Positions 63,836 to 64,000 of a stretch of DNA of 64,000 bases are shown here, piece after piece; within the stretch, counting starts at the first letter, position 1, and the number at the start of each line of letters is the position of its first letter. A program made the position numbers and the translations under genes. A model generated the notes under the pieces. The model worked only from the letters and a program-made list of their open reading frames with translations. It was not told the origin of the DNA and ran no database searches. The stretch spans positions 42,408,001 to 42,472,000 of the forward strand of contig NC_043009.1 of NCBI RefSeq assembly GCF_006345805.1, in the 5' to 3' direction. Origin of the DNA: Octopus sinensis (taxonomy: Eukaryota).

Positions 63836-64000
63836 ATCTATCTATCTGTTTGTCTATCTCACTTTTGCTTTATTATTCTCTCTCACTCTCTCTCTCTTTC
63901 TAGTTTTCTTCTACTCTCCTTCCCCATATAAGCACCAGATTATCCATCTATATTTCTATCTATTTGTCTAGATTATCCGTCTACTTGTCTATCAGCTGCT

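Overview
This is AT-rich eukaryotic DNA, most likely from an octopus. That assignment is inferred from the microsatellite load and from my recollection of the SINE/LINE families, not from a database search. Nearly all ORFs in the supplied track are microsatellite artefacts, and no intact protein-coding gene can be confirmed. The window contains dozens of tRNA-derived SINEs, RTE-type LINE 3' ends, decayed mariner, Helitron-like and possibly hAT elements, and two kinds of Penelope-like element (PLE) GIY-YIG remnants. The main finding is a 4.0-kb array (44961-49006) of a ~595-600-bp non-coding, hairpin-rich unit. Each unit carries a type I hammerhead ribozyme (HHR): CCACG-CUGAAGA-long stem II-GAAA-CGUACG-UC|CGUGG. 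There are 5 HHR copies on + and 2 on -, in two divergent arms whose 3' ends both fuse to (TA)n through short microhomology. This looks like a retrozyme-like element that yields a ~600-nt monomer or circular RNA, inserted by twin-primed reverse transcription. The same signature (hammerhead, fold-back, 3' ends on TA-rich microsatellite) recurs in several smaller unrelated elements. About 18 hammerhead-like cores were found by eye, including recurrent non-canonical variants. All RNA folds were read by eye and none was computed.
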